From positions 117,740,001 through 117,804,000 of the forward strand of contig NC_086108.1 of the NCBI RefSeq assembly GCF_963921235.1: a DNA stretch of 64,000 nucleotides, in the 5' to 3' direction. The stretch's first letter is position 1. Every line of letters starts with the position of its first letter. This DNA is from Mobula hypostoma (taxonomy: Eukaryota). The notes below the pieces were generated by a model that made no database searches, was not told where the DNA came from, and worked only from the letters and a program-made list of their open reading frames with translations. Positions 36,201 through 48,580 of the stretch are shown here, piece after piece. Made by a program: the position numbers and the translations under genes.

Positions 36201-37270
36201 CCTTCCTCCATCTCTTCAGTTCGGTTCCCACCCTCCAGAAATTCTAGTTTAAACTCTCCCCAATAGCCTTAGCAAACCTCCAAGCCAGGATATTTGTCCT
36301 CCTCATATTCAAGTGCAACATGTCCTTTTTGTACAGGTCATGCCTGACCCAAAATTGTTCCCAATGATCGAGAAATCTGAATCCCTGTTCCCTGCTCCAA
36401 TCCCTCAGCCGCATATTTATCCTCCACCTCATTCTATTCCTATATTTACTGTCACACAGCACAGGCAGTAATCTGGAGATTACTACCTTTGAGGTCCTGC
36501 TTCTCAACTTCCTTCCTAACTCCCTGTAGTCTGTTTTCAGGACCTCCTCCCTTTTCCTACCTGTGTCGTTGGTACCATATGTACCATGACCTCTGGCTGT
36601 TCTCCTTCCCACTTCAGGATATCGTGGACACAATCAGAAACATCCCAGACCCTGGCACCTGGGAGGCAAACTGCCATCCGTGTTTCTTTCCTGCATCCAT
36701 AGAATTGCCTGTCTGATCCCCTAACTATACAGTCCCCTATCACTGCTGCCATCCTCTTCCTTTTCCTACCGTTCTGAGCCACAGGGCCATACTCTGTGCC
36801 AGAGGCGTGGACACTATTCCCTCCCCCAGGTAGGCCATCCTCCCCAACATTACTCAAACAGGATTACTTATTGTTAAGAGGGACAGCCACTGGGGTACTC
36901 TCTAGTATCCGACTCTTGCCCTTCCCTCTCCTGAGTGTTAGCTACTTATCTGTTTCTCAAGGCCCCAATGTGACTACTTGCCTATAGCTCCTCTGTATCA
37001 CCTCTGCCCTCTCCCTGACTAGATGAAGGTCATTGAGTTGCATCTCGATGCACCTGGTGCAGATGTGGCCATGTGTGAGGCTGGGAGTCTCCAGGACTTC
37101 CCATATTTGACACTGAGTTGAGCACACCGGCTTCACAGACGTACTTCCTATTCCTACTCTTCACAAGTAACTTACTTCTCCTTGACCTGTTATCGCTAAA
37201 GCCCCATTGAGCCAAAGCTCTCCTACTCTGTCTCCCTTTACTCCATTGCCCGCTCTATAAATCTGCCTTC
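33288..37270 (-). mobile_element. Near-full-length degraded CR1 (ORF1 + ORF2 + tail)
   Basis: Tail CATAGAAACATAG at 33288; RT frames 33630-34884; EN 35479-36089; ORF1 esterase ending GESLN* at 36244; CpG-containing 5' region near 37200. Confidence 0.88.
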
Positions 37271-40200
37271 TTTTTGACAATTGCTTAATGATAGGAAGGA
37301 GAGAGTTATGTAATCGAATGGTGTAAGGCCATGATAGAATGTGTGTGGAGAGTATGTTTCTTATGATGGAGAGTCTAAGACCAGAGTACACAGCCTCAGA
37401 ATAAGACCATAAGACATCAAAGTGGAATTAGGGCATCTGGCCCGTCGAGTCTGCTTCAATATTCAATCATGGCTGATCATTTTTTCTATCTCCTTTTCAA
37501 CCCCAGTTCCCGGCCTTTTCCCCGTAGCCTTTGATGCCATGTCAAATCAAGAACCTATCAATCACGGCCTTTAATACACCCAATGACCTGGCCTCCACAG
37601 CCACATGTGGCAAAAATTCCACAAATTCACCACCCTTTGGCTAAAGAAATTTCCCAGCATCTCCGTTTTGAAAGGCCGCCCCTCTATCCTGAGGCTGGGC
37701 CCTCTTGTCCTGGACTTTCCCACCATGGGAAACATCCTTTCCACTTATACTCTGTCTAGGCCTTTCAACATTTGAAAGGTTTCAATGAGATCCCCCCTCA
37801 GTCTTCTGAATTCCAGCGAGTACAGACACAGAGCCATCAAACATATGATAAGTCTTTCATTCCTGGAATCATCCTTCTGACCCTCCTCTGGACCCTCTCC
37901 AATGCCAGCACATCTTTTCTAAATGAGGGTCCCAAAACTATTCGCTGTACTCAAGGTGAGGCCTCACCACTGTCTCATAAAGCCTCAGCATCACATCCTT
38001 GCTCTTGTATTCTAGACCTCTTGAACTGAATGCTAATATGGCATTTGCCTTCCTCACCACTGACTCTCCCTGCAAGTTAACCTTAAGGGTGTTCTGTACA
38101 AGGACTCCCAAGTCACTCTGCATCTCAGATTTTTGGATTTTCTATTTTTAGAAAATACAGTAGTCTGCACATTTATTCCTACTACCAAAGTGCATGACCG
38201 TACATTTGCAACATTGTATTTCATTTGCCACTTTCTTGCCCATTCTCCTAATCTGTCTAAGTCCTTCTGCATCCTACCTGTTTCCTCAACACTACCTCCC
38301 CCTCCAACAATCTTTGTATCATCTACAAACTTAGCAACAAAGCATCATCATCTATATCATTTATATACAGCATAAAAAGAAGTGGGCCCAACACCTACCC
38401 TTGCAGAACACCACTAGTCACTAGCAGCCGACCAGAAAAAGATCTGTTTATTCCCACTTGCTGCCTCCTACCAATCAGCCAATGCTCTAACCATATAGTA
38501 ACTTTCCTGTAATGCCATTGGCTCTTAACTTGGTAAGCAGCTTATGTGTGCCACCTTGTTAAAGGCTTTCTGAAAGTTCAAGCATAGAGGGGTGTCATTT
38601 TACAACGGAGATAAGGAGGAACTTCTTTAGCCAGAGAATGATGAATCTGGCCACGGGCAGTTGTAGGGGCCAAGTCTTTATGTATATTTTAGGCAGAGGT
38701 TAATAGATTCTTAATTGGTTAGGGCATTAGGAGATATTAGGAGAAGGCTGGAGTTTGGGGCTAAGAGGACAACTGGATCAGTCATGATGAAATGGTGGAG
38801 AAGACTTGATTGACCAAATGGCCTAATTCTGTCTTATGTTCTACAGCAAGGCTTTTTTGTTCTGGACTGGAGGTTTGTGAATTGTGTTGGTGGACCTTAT
38901 GTTGTTTGTCATGTATTTTAACAATTTAGATGAGCATGTACCTGGCATGGTCATTGAGTTTGCAGATGATTCTAAAACAGATGGTATCATTGACAGTGAA
39001 GGCAGTTTCCAGGATATACTAAGGCATCTTGATCAGCTTGGTAAAATGGAAAAGGAATGACAAATAGAGTTTAATTCAGATTCGTACATAGTGTTGTATT
39101 TTAGGACCTTCACAGCAAATGGTAGGCATCTGGAAAGTGTTGTAGAACAGAGAGACTTTGGAGTACAATATATGGTTTCCTGAAAGTGAAGTCACAGGTA
39201 GATATTGTGGAAGGCTCCTGACATGCTGGCTTTTGTCAGAAGTTGGGATGTTATGTCATAGTTGTACAAGAGGTTGGTGGGGCTGCATTTGGTATACTGT
39301 GTTCAGTTTTGGTCACCTTGCAATAGGAAATGCCATTAAGTCAGAAAGAGTGCAGAGGGGATTTACGAGGATGTTGTCAGGACTCAAGGGATTCAGCTTT
39401 GGAGAGAGGTTGAGGGATTTAATGGGAACTTGACGACCAACTTTTTCATTCAGAGAATGATCAGTATATTGAATAAGCTTCATGAGGAACTGGTTGAGGT
39501 AGGTACATTAGCAATATGTTTGGACAGGTAGATGGATAGGAAAGGTTTAAAGGGACTTTGACCAATGGCACGCAAATCGGTCTAGTTTAGATGGGAATTT
39601 GGTTGGCATGGATGAGTTGGGTCGAAAGTTTATATCACTGACTCTTTGACCAAATAGCATTAACTCCAGTAGTACCATTACCCTCCCCAATCTCACTATC
39701 TTTCCTGTCCTTCATTGAAAGTAGATGGGGTTGCAAAGAAAGGTTTTGACACGTTGCCCTTCATAAATCAAAAGAATTGAGTACAGAAGATGGGTTGTTA
39801 TGCTGAAGTTGTACAAGACATTGATGAGGCCTAAATTGGAATGTTGTGTGCACTCTCAGTCACCTACCTATAGGAAAGATGTAAATAATGTTGAAAGAGT
39901 ACAGAGAAAATTTACAAGTGTGTTGGCAGGACTGGATGACCTGAATAATAGGTGAAGATTGAATTGATTAGGACTTGGAATGTAGAAGATTGAAGGGAGA
40001 TTTGATAGAAGTAGACAAAATTATGAAGGGCATAGATAGGGTAAATGCAAGCAGGTTTTTTCTACTGAGGATAGGTGGGACTACAACCAGAGATTATGGG
40101 TAAAAGATGAAATGTTTAAGGGTTAATGAGGGGAAACCTCTTTACTCAGAGGGTGGTGAGAGTGTGGAACGAGTTGCCAGAGCAAGTGATAGATGCGATT

Positions 40201-40550
40201 TTGGTTTCAATGTTTAAGAGAAGTTTGGAGAGGTAAATAGATAGCAGGGATATGGAGAGTGATCGTCCCAAGTCCATGGGTATACTTAAGGTGAAAGTTG
40301 ATTGTTTCCTGATTGTTTAGGGCATCAAAGAATATGGCGAGAAGGCAGGTGTATAGGGTTGAGTGGAATCAGGGATTAGCCAGGCTGGAATGGCAGAGCA
40401 GAATGACGGGCTGAATGGCCTAGTTCTACTCCTATGATTTATGGGCCTGGTGCAGTTTGATCCAAGTAAGTAGTTTAAATGCTTCAGCATGGACTAGATG
40501 GGTCAAAGGTCCTGTTTCTGTGCTGTACTTTTCGATGACTCTATGTTCTT
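37270..40550. mobile_element. Cluster of old CR1 3' fragments on both strands
   Basis: Several RT C-terminal remnants and tails (about 37400 -, 38835 +, 39640 +, 40435 +, 40545 +). Confidence 0.7.
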
Positions 40551-40589
40551 CTACTTGGTGAATATCAAACATTTTGAAAAGCTCAAACA

Positions 40590-43500
40590 GATAAATAGAG
40601 GGATAGCTCAAGCGAAGTGGCCAGAGCGTGAGTGGGCCAGTGAAGGAGTGGAGCTTTGAGGCTTTGACTCGAGAGGCTTCGATGAGAAGAGGCGGAGGAC
40701 AAGCTAGCTCGCAGTTAGTCTTTACAATGTCTCCTGAGACGGTGATGTGCCTCTCATGTGAGATGTGGCAGTCTTGGGGGAACAACCCTCTCACGCAGAA
40801 TCACATCTGCCAGAAGTGCATACGGCTGGGCGATCTGGAAGACCGTGTAAGGAATCTGGAGCAGCAGCTGGATGAACTTCGACTCATAAGGGAGAATGAG
40901 GCAGTCATAGATGAGAGCTACAGGGAGGTAGTCACACCTAGGCTGTCGGAAGCAGGTCATTGGGTGACAGTCTGAGGGGGGAAAGCGAAGGTGAGCAGAC
41001 AGGTAGTGCAGAGCACCCCTGTAGCCATTCCCCTGAATAATAAGTTTACCATCCTGGATACTGTTGGCGGGGACGACCGACCAGGTGTGAGCCACGGTGG
41101 CAAGACCTCCGGCACTGAGTCTGACCCTGTTGTGCAGAAGGGTGGGACGGAGAAGAGGAGAGCTGTCGTCATTGGAGACTCTATAGTCAGGGGAGCAGAC
41201 AGGAGATTTTGTGGACGTGAGAAGGACACCCACATGGTTTGTTGCCTCCCGGGTGCCAGGGTCCGGGATGTCTCTGACCGGATGCACGACATCCTGGTAC
41301 GAGAGATAAAGCAACCAGAAGTCGTGATACATGTTGGGACCAACGACATAGGCAGGAAGAGGGATGAGGTCCTGAAGTGTGAGTTTCCGGAATTAGGCAG
41401 AAGGCTGAAGAACAGGACCTCAAGGGTGACGTTCTCAGGATTGCTGCCAGTGCTACGTGACAGAGATGGTAAGAATTGGAGGAGATGGCAGTTGAATGCA
41501 TGGCTGAGGAGTTGGTGCAGGGAGCAGGGTTTTAGATTTTTGGATCATTGGGATCTCTTCTGGGGAAGGTGGGACCTGTACAGATTGGATGGGTTGCACC
41601 TGAACTCGAGGGGGAGCAATATCCTTGCAGGTAGGTTTGCTAGCGTGGTTCGGGAGGGTTTAAACTAATTTGCGAGGGGGATGGGACCCAGAGCGATAGA
41701 GCAGTGAAAGAAGTGCATGGAGTAAAGCCAGATCCAACATACAGAGAGGCTTAGAGGAAAGAGAAGCAGAATAAACGGTGTAGAGACAGTAAGGTAGAAA
41801 GGCTGAAATGTGTTTACCTCAATGCAAGGAGCATCAGGAACAAGGGTGATGAACTGACAGCTTGGATACATACATGAAATTATGATGTAGTGGCCATTAC
41901 AGAGACTTGGCTGGCACCAGGGCAGGAATGGATTCACAATATTCCTGGATTTCAGTGCTTTAAAAGGTATAGAGAGGGCGGAAAAAGGGGAGGAGGGGTG
42001 GCATTACTGGTCAGGGATACTATTTCAGCTACAGAAAGGGTGGGTACTGTAGCAGGATCCTCTTTTGAGTCAATATGGGTGGAAGTCAGGAACAGGAAGG
42101 GAGCAGTTACTCTACTGGGGGTATTCTATAGGCCCCCTGGTAGCAGCAGAGATACAGAGGAGCAGATTGGGAGGCATATTTTGGAAAGGTGCAAAAATAA
42201 CAGGGTTGTTATCATGGGTGACTTTAACTTCCCTAATATTGATTGGCACCTGATTAGTTCCAAAGGTTTAGATGGGGCAGAGTTTGTTAAGTGTGTCCAG
42301 GATGGATTCCTGTCACAGTATGTGGACAGGCCGACCAAGGGGAATGCCATACTAGATTTAGTACTAGGTAATGAACCGGGTCAGGTCACAGATCTCTCAG
42401 TGGGTGAGCATCTGGGGGACAGTGACCACCGCTCCCTGGCCTTTATAATTATCATGGAAAAGGATAGAATCAGAGAGGATAGGAAAATGTTTAATTGGGG
42501 AAAGGCAAATTATAAGGCTATAAGGCTGTGAATTGCGGGTGTGAATTGGGATGATTTTGCAGGGAAATGTACTATGGACATGTGGTCGATGTTTAGAGAT
42601 CTCTTGCGGGATGTAAGCGATAAATGTGTCCTGGTGAGGAAGATAAAGAATGGTAGGGTGAAGGAACCATGGGTGACAAGTAAGGTGGAAAATCTAGTCA
42701 GGTGGAAGAAGGCAGCATACATGAGGTTTAGCAAGCAAGGATCAGATGGGTCTATTGAGGAATATAGGGAAGCAAGAAAGGAGCTTAAGAAGGGGCTGAG
42801 AAGAGCAAGAAGGGGGCATGAGAAGGCCTTGGCGAGTAGGGTAAATGAAAACCCGAAGGCATTCTTCAATTATGTGAAGAAAAAAACGAGGACCGGAGTG
42901 AAGGTAGGACCGATTAAAGATAAAGATGGGAAGATGTGCCTGGAGGCTATGGAAGTGAGCGAGGTCCTCAATGAATACTTCTCTTCGGTACTCACCAATG
43001 AGAGGGAACTTGATGATGGTGAGGACAATATGAGTGAGTTTGATGTTCTGGAGCATGTTGATATTAAGGGAGAGGGGGTGTTGGAGTCGTTAAAATACAT
43101 TAGGACAGATAAGTCCCCGGGACATGACGGAATATCCCCCAGGCTGCTCCACGAGGTGAGAGAAGAGATTGCTGAGCCTCTGGCTGGGATCTTTATGTCC
43201 TCGCTGTCCACGGGAATGGTACCGGAGGATTAGAGGGAGGCGAATGTTGTTCCCTTGTTCAAAAAAGGTAGTAGGGATATTCCGGGTAATTATAGACCAG
43301 TGAGCCTTACGTCTGTGGTGGGAAAGCTGTTGGAAAAGATTCTTAGAGATAGGATCTATAGGCATTTAGAGAATCATGGTCTGATCAGGGACAGTCAGCA
43401 TGGCTTTGTGAAGGGAAGATCGTGTCTAACAAGCCTGATAGAGTTCTTTGAGGAGGTGACCAGGCATATAGATGAGGGTAGTGCAGTGGATGTGATCTAT

Positions 43501-44658
43501 ATGGATTTTAGTAAGGCATTTGACAAGGTTCCACACAGTAGGCTTATTCAGAAAGTCAGAAGGCATGGGATCCAGGGAAGTTTGGCCAGGTGGATTCAGT
43601 ATTGGCTTGCTTGCAGAAGGCAGAGGGTGGTGGTGGAGGGAGTACATTCAGATTGGAGGATTGTGACTAGTGGTGTCCCGCAAGGATCCGTTCTGGGACC
43701 TCTACTTTTCGTGATTTTTATTAACGACCTGGATGTTGGGGTAGAAGGGTGGGTTGGCAAGTTTGCAGACGACACAAAGGTTGGTGGTGTTGTAGGTAGT
43801 GTAGAGGATTGTCAAAGATTGCAGAGAGACATTGATAGGATGCAGAAGTGGGCTGAGAAGTGGCAGATGGAGTTCAACCCGGAGAACTGTGAGGTGGTAC
43901 GCTTTGGAAGGACAAACTCCAAGGCAGAGTACAAAGTAAATGGCAGGATACTTAGTAGTGTGGAGGAGCAGAGGGATCTCAGGGTACATGTCCACAGATC
44001 CCTGAAAGTTGCCTCACAGGTGGATAGGGTAGTTAAGAAAGCTTATGGGGTGTTAGCTTTCATAAGTCGAGGGATAGAGTTTAAGAATCGCGATGTAATG
44101 ATGCAGCTCTATAAAATTCTGGTTAGGCCACACTTGGAGTACTGTGTCCAGTTTTGGCCACCTCACTATAGGAAGGACGTGGAAGCATTGGAAAGGATAC
44201 AGAGGAGATTTACCAGGATGCTGCCTGGTTTAGAAAGTATGCATTATGATCAGAGATTAAGGGAGCTAGGGATTTACTCTTTGGAGAGAAGGAGGATGAG
44301 AGGTGACATGATAGAGGTGTACAAGATAATAAGAGGAATAGATAGAGTGGAGAGCCAGCACCTCTTCCCCAGGGCACCACTGCTCAATACAAGAGGACGT
44401 GGCTTTAAGGTAAGGGGTGGGAAGTTCATGGGGGATATTAGAGGAAGGTTTTTTACTCAGAGAGTGGTTGGTGCGTGGAATGCACTGCCTGAGTCAGTGG
44501 TGGAGGCAGATACACTAGTGAAGTTTAAGAGACTACTAGACAGGTATATGGAGGAATCTAAGGTGGGGGCTTATATGGCAGGCAGGGTTTGAGGGTCGGC
44601 ACAACATTGTGGGCCGAAGGGCCTGTACTGTGCTGTACTATTCTGTGTTGTATGTTCA
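40590..44658 (+). mobile_element. Essentially full-length CR1 (family A): 5'UTR, ORF1 (Cys motif, coiled coil, SGNH esterase; 40727-41668), ORF2 (APE + RT, ends 44592), tail; disabled by a few stops
   Basis: MSPETVMCLSCEMW...HICQKC; in-frame TGA at 40973; VVIGDSIVRG/VHVGTND/DGLHLN; LNARSIRNK...GDFN...[20 protein letters not shown]2-frame stops at 41752, 41875 and 43231, plus a disruption near 42530. Confidence 0.95.
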
Positions 44659-44679
44659 ATGCAGTGAACTTCCTCTGAT

Positions 44680-46815
44680 TGCAGTCATGAATTCCCATTT
44701 TTCTCCTTGAGTGATTTTACCTACTCTCTAGCTATTCCGTTTTTAAAGTGTGAATAAAATGCTTTGGGATTCTCTTGGCCACTCACCAAGGGTATTCCAT
44801 GGCCCCTTTTAGCCTCCTGATTCCTGTTTAAGTTCTCTCCTGCTTCCTATATATTCCTGAAAGGTCCAGTCCAATTTCAGCTTCCTAGATATCACATATA
44901 TTTCTTTTTGCTGTTTGACTAGATTTGCTGCAACTGTCATCATCCAAGGTACCAAACTTTGTCATCCTTGCTTTCCTTCCTCACAGGAACATGATGGTCC
45001 TGAATTTTGACCAGCGGCTCTTTAAACACATCCCACTGTCGGATGTAGAACTGCCCATAAACAGCCTCTCCTAAACTACTCTCCACAGTTCCTGCCTAAT
45101 ACTGTTGCAATTAGCATTTGCTTTCTGTCACACATTCCCAAGATCCACTCTGATCCTTGTAAAATTGTAAGACCAAAAGATATGGGAGTAGAGTTAGGCC
45201 ATTTGGCCCATTGAGTCTGCACTGCAATTCAATTAAGGCTGATCCTTCTTTCCCCTCCTCAGCCCCACTCCCGGCCTTCTCCCCGTAACATAGAAACATA
45301 GAAAACATTGAAACATAGAAAATAGGTGCAGGAGTAGGCCATTCGGCCCTTCGAGCCTGCACCACCATTCAGTATGATCATGGCTGATCATCAGAACCCT
45401 GCACCAGCCTTCCCTCCATACCCCCTGATCCCTTTAGCTACAAGGGCCATATCTAACTCCCTCTTAAATATAGCCAATGAACTGGCCTCAACTATTTACT
45501 GTGGCAGAGAATTCCACAGATTCACCACTCTCTGTGTGAAGAAGTTTTTCCTAATCTCAGTCCTAAAAGGCTTCCCCTTTATCCTCAAACCGTGACCCCT
45601 CGTTCTGGACTTCCCCAACATCGGGAACAATCTTCCTGCATCTAGCCTGTCCAATCCCTTTAGGATTTTATACGTTTCAATCAGATCCCCCCTCAATCTT
45701 CTAAATTCCAACGAGTATAAGCCTAGTTCATCCAGTCTTTCATCATATGAAAGTCCTGCAATGTCCAATCAAGAACCTATCAAGCTGTGCCTTAAATACA
45801 CCCAATGCCCTGCCCTCCACAACTGCCTGTGGTAATAAATTCCACAAGTTCACCATGCTCTGGCCAAAGAAATTTTTCCACATCTCTGTTTTAAATGGAC
45901 GCCCCTCTATCCTGTGTTACGTACCAGTAATGGTTTAAAATGAACCAGCAGTAATAGACTACTCCTGGAGTCTTGATGTTAAAACCACTATCTTTATTAG
46001 TATCTACTTAATATAGCAACTTAAACAAGAATAATCAAAAGTTAACCGTGATATGAGTATACATATGAGTAAATGTAACTCCCAAACTAATGAGCTTGGT
46101 GGGGGCGGGGGGCACCAGGCTTAAAATCTTGAGACAGTAAGGTATGAAAGTTCAGTTCATCCACAGATTAAATGATGCGAGAGAGATATTTGTAATCCAA
46201 GGTGACTGTCGAGAGAAGTCCTTTATGTTCTGTTCCACGGTGGTAAACAGGATAACAATCACCGTAGGTTTTACCCGTCGTCGTTCCAAATCCACTTAGG
46301 AATTATCACCAATAGTAGCTTATCACAGGGGTACTGTCTTCAAAGGGAACTACCACCCAGGCAAGGGTTAACACATAGGTAGATTCCACAAGGTTGCCCC
46401 AATCACACAACGTGATAGCTACTTATCAATGTGTTGGATCGATACTCAACCCACCCTTGTGGGCACTCGAAAGTTCCAACCAGTGACCTCTTAGTCATGG
46501 GCTTCCTACCATTTTCCGATTCCAACTGCGACTGACTGTGTGTGAGTGACTGTCCCTACTTAGATCAAAACAAGCTGCAGACTCCCATAGCTCGGCCCCT
46601 CTCTCTCTTAGTAAGAACCAAACAGGAGCCGAGAAAGCCAGCGGCTGACGTCACTCAGGCACTCTCTCTTAAAAATGACAGTCCACGGCAAGACAAACCT
46701 AGGGGTTCATCACACCAGGCTGTCCTAAACTCGCCCACCATGGGAAACATCTTTTCCACATCTAATCTGTATAGGCCTTTCAGCATTCGAAAGTTTCAAT
46801 GAGTCCCCCCCCCCT
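44680..46815 (-). mobile_element. Nested CR1 fragments, including a family B 3' end (about 45288-45759) inside another CR1 3' end
   Basis: CATAGAAACATAG tail at 45289; sequence nearly identical to 24618-25080. Confidence 0.8.
45915..46714 (-). mobile_element. Probable solo LTR (Gypsy-like), 800 bp
   Basis: Non-coding insert in a CR1 bounded by TGTTACGTACC...GGTTCATCACA (imperfect TG...CA inverted termini). Flanks CCTG/CCAG; AATAAA on the minus strand at 45993-45998; TGACGTCA at 46646-46653. Confidence 0.65.
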
Positions 46816-46817
46816 AA

Positions 46818-48580
46818 ATTCAATTATGTGAAGTACAAAAGGCTGACAGGAGTGAAGGTAAGACCGATTAGAGACAAAGGTGAGAAGATGTACCTGGAGG
46901 CTGTGGAAGTGAGCGAGGTCCTCAATGAATACTTCTCTACGGTATTCACCAATGAGAGGGAACTTGATGATGGTGAGGACAAAATGAGTGAGGTTGATGT
47001 TCTGGAGCATGTTGATATTAAGGGAGAGGAGGTATTGGAGTTGTTAAAATACATTAGGACAGGTAAGTCTCTGGGGCCTGACGGAATATTCCCCAGGCTG
47101 CTCCAAGAGGCGAGGGAAGAGATTGCTGAGCCTCTGGCTAGGATCTTTATGTCCTCGTTGTCCACGGGAATGGTACCAGAGGATTGGAGGGAGGTGAATG
47201 TTATCCCCTTGTCCAAAAAAGGTGGTAGGGATAGTCCGGATAATTATAGACTAGTGAGCCTTATGTCTGTGGTGGGAAGCTGTTGGAAAAGATTCTTAGA
47301 GATAGGATCTATGGGCATTTAGAGAAACAGGGCAGTACATGTCTAACAAGCCTGATAGAGTTCTTTGAGGAGGTGACCAGGCATATAGATGAGGGTAGTG
47401 CAGTGGATGTGATCTATATGGATTTTAGTAAGGCATTTGACAAGGTTCCACACGGTAGGCTTATTCAGAAATTCAGAAGGCATGGGATCCAGGGAAGTTT
47501 GGCCAGGTGGATTCAGAATTGGCTTGCCTGCAGAAGGCAGAGGGTCGTGGTGGAGGGAGTACATTCAGAATGGAGGATTGTGACTGGTGGTGTCCCACAA
47601 GGATCTGTTCTGGGACCTCTCCTTTTCGTGATTTTTATTAATGACCTGGATGTGGGGTAGAAGTGTGGGTTGGCAAGTTTGCAGATGTCACAATGGTTGG
47701 TGGTGTTGTAGATAGTGTAGAGGATTGTCAAAGATTGCAGAGAGATATTGATAGGATGCAGAAGTGGGCTGAGAAGTGGCAGATGGAGTTCAACCCGGAG
47801 AAGTGTGAGGTTGTACACTTTGGAAGGACAAACTCCAAGGCAGAGTACAAAGTAAATGGCAGGATACTTGGTAGTGTGGAGGAGCAGAGGGATCTGGAGG
47901 GTACATGTCCACAGATCCCTGAAAGTTGCCTCACGGGTAGATAGGGTAGTTAAGAAAGCCTATGGGGTGTTAGTTTTCATAAGTCGAGGGATAGAGTTTA
48001 AGAGTCATGATGTAATGATGCAGCTCTATAAAACTCTGGTTAGGCCACAATTGTAGTATTGTGTCCGGTTCTGGTCGCCTCACTATAGGAAGGATGCGGA
48101 AGCATTGGAAAGGGTACAGAGGAGATTTACCAGGATGCTGCCTGGTTTAGAGAGTATGGATTATGATCAGAGATTAAGGGAGCTAGGGCTTTACTCTTTG
48201 GAGAGAAGGAGGATGAGAGGAGACATGATAGAGGTGTACAAGATAACAAGAGGAATAGATAGAGTGGATAGCCAGCGCCTCTTCCCCAGGGCACCACTGC
48301 TCAATACAAGAGGACATGGCTTTAAGGTAAAGGGTAGGAAGTTCAAGGCGGATATTAGAGGAAGGTTTTTTACTCAGAGTTTACTCAGAGTTGGTGCGTG
48401 GAATGCACTGCCTGAGTCAGTGGTGGAGGCAGATACACTAGTGAAGTTTAAGAGACTACTAAACAGGTATATGGAGGAATTTAAGGTGGGGTGGGGTTAT
48501 ATGGGATGCAGGGTTTGAGGGTCGGCAGAACATTGCGGATCGAAGGGCCTGTAATGTGCTGTACTGTTCTATATTCTATG
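46818..48580 (+). mobile_element. CR1 family A, 5'-truncated third copy
   Basis: Highly similar to 23357-24617 and 42865-44658; frameshifted RT; tail CTGTTCTATATTCTATG. Confidence 0.92.

Noticed and set aside
40991..41668. SGNH/GDSL esterase as a host or horizontally acquired gene
   Set aside because: It is the known esterase domain of CR1 ORF1, repeated in several copies directly upstream of ORF2.
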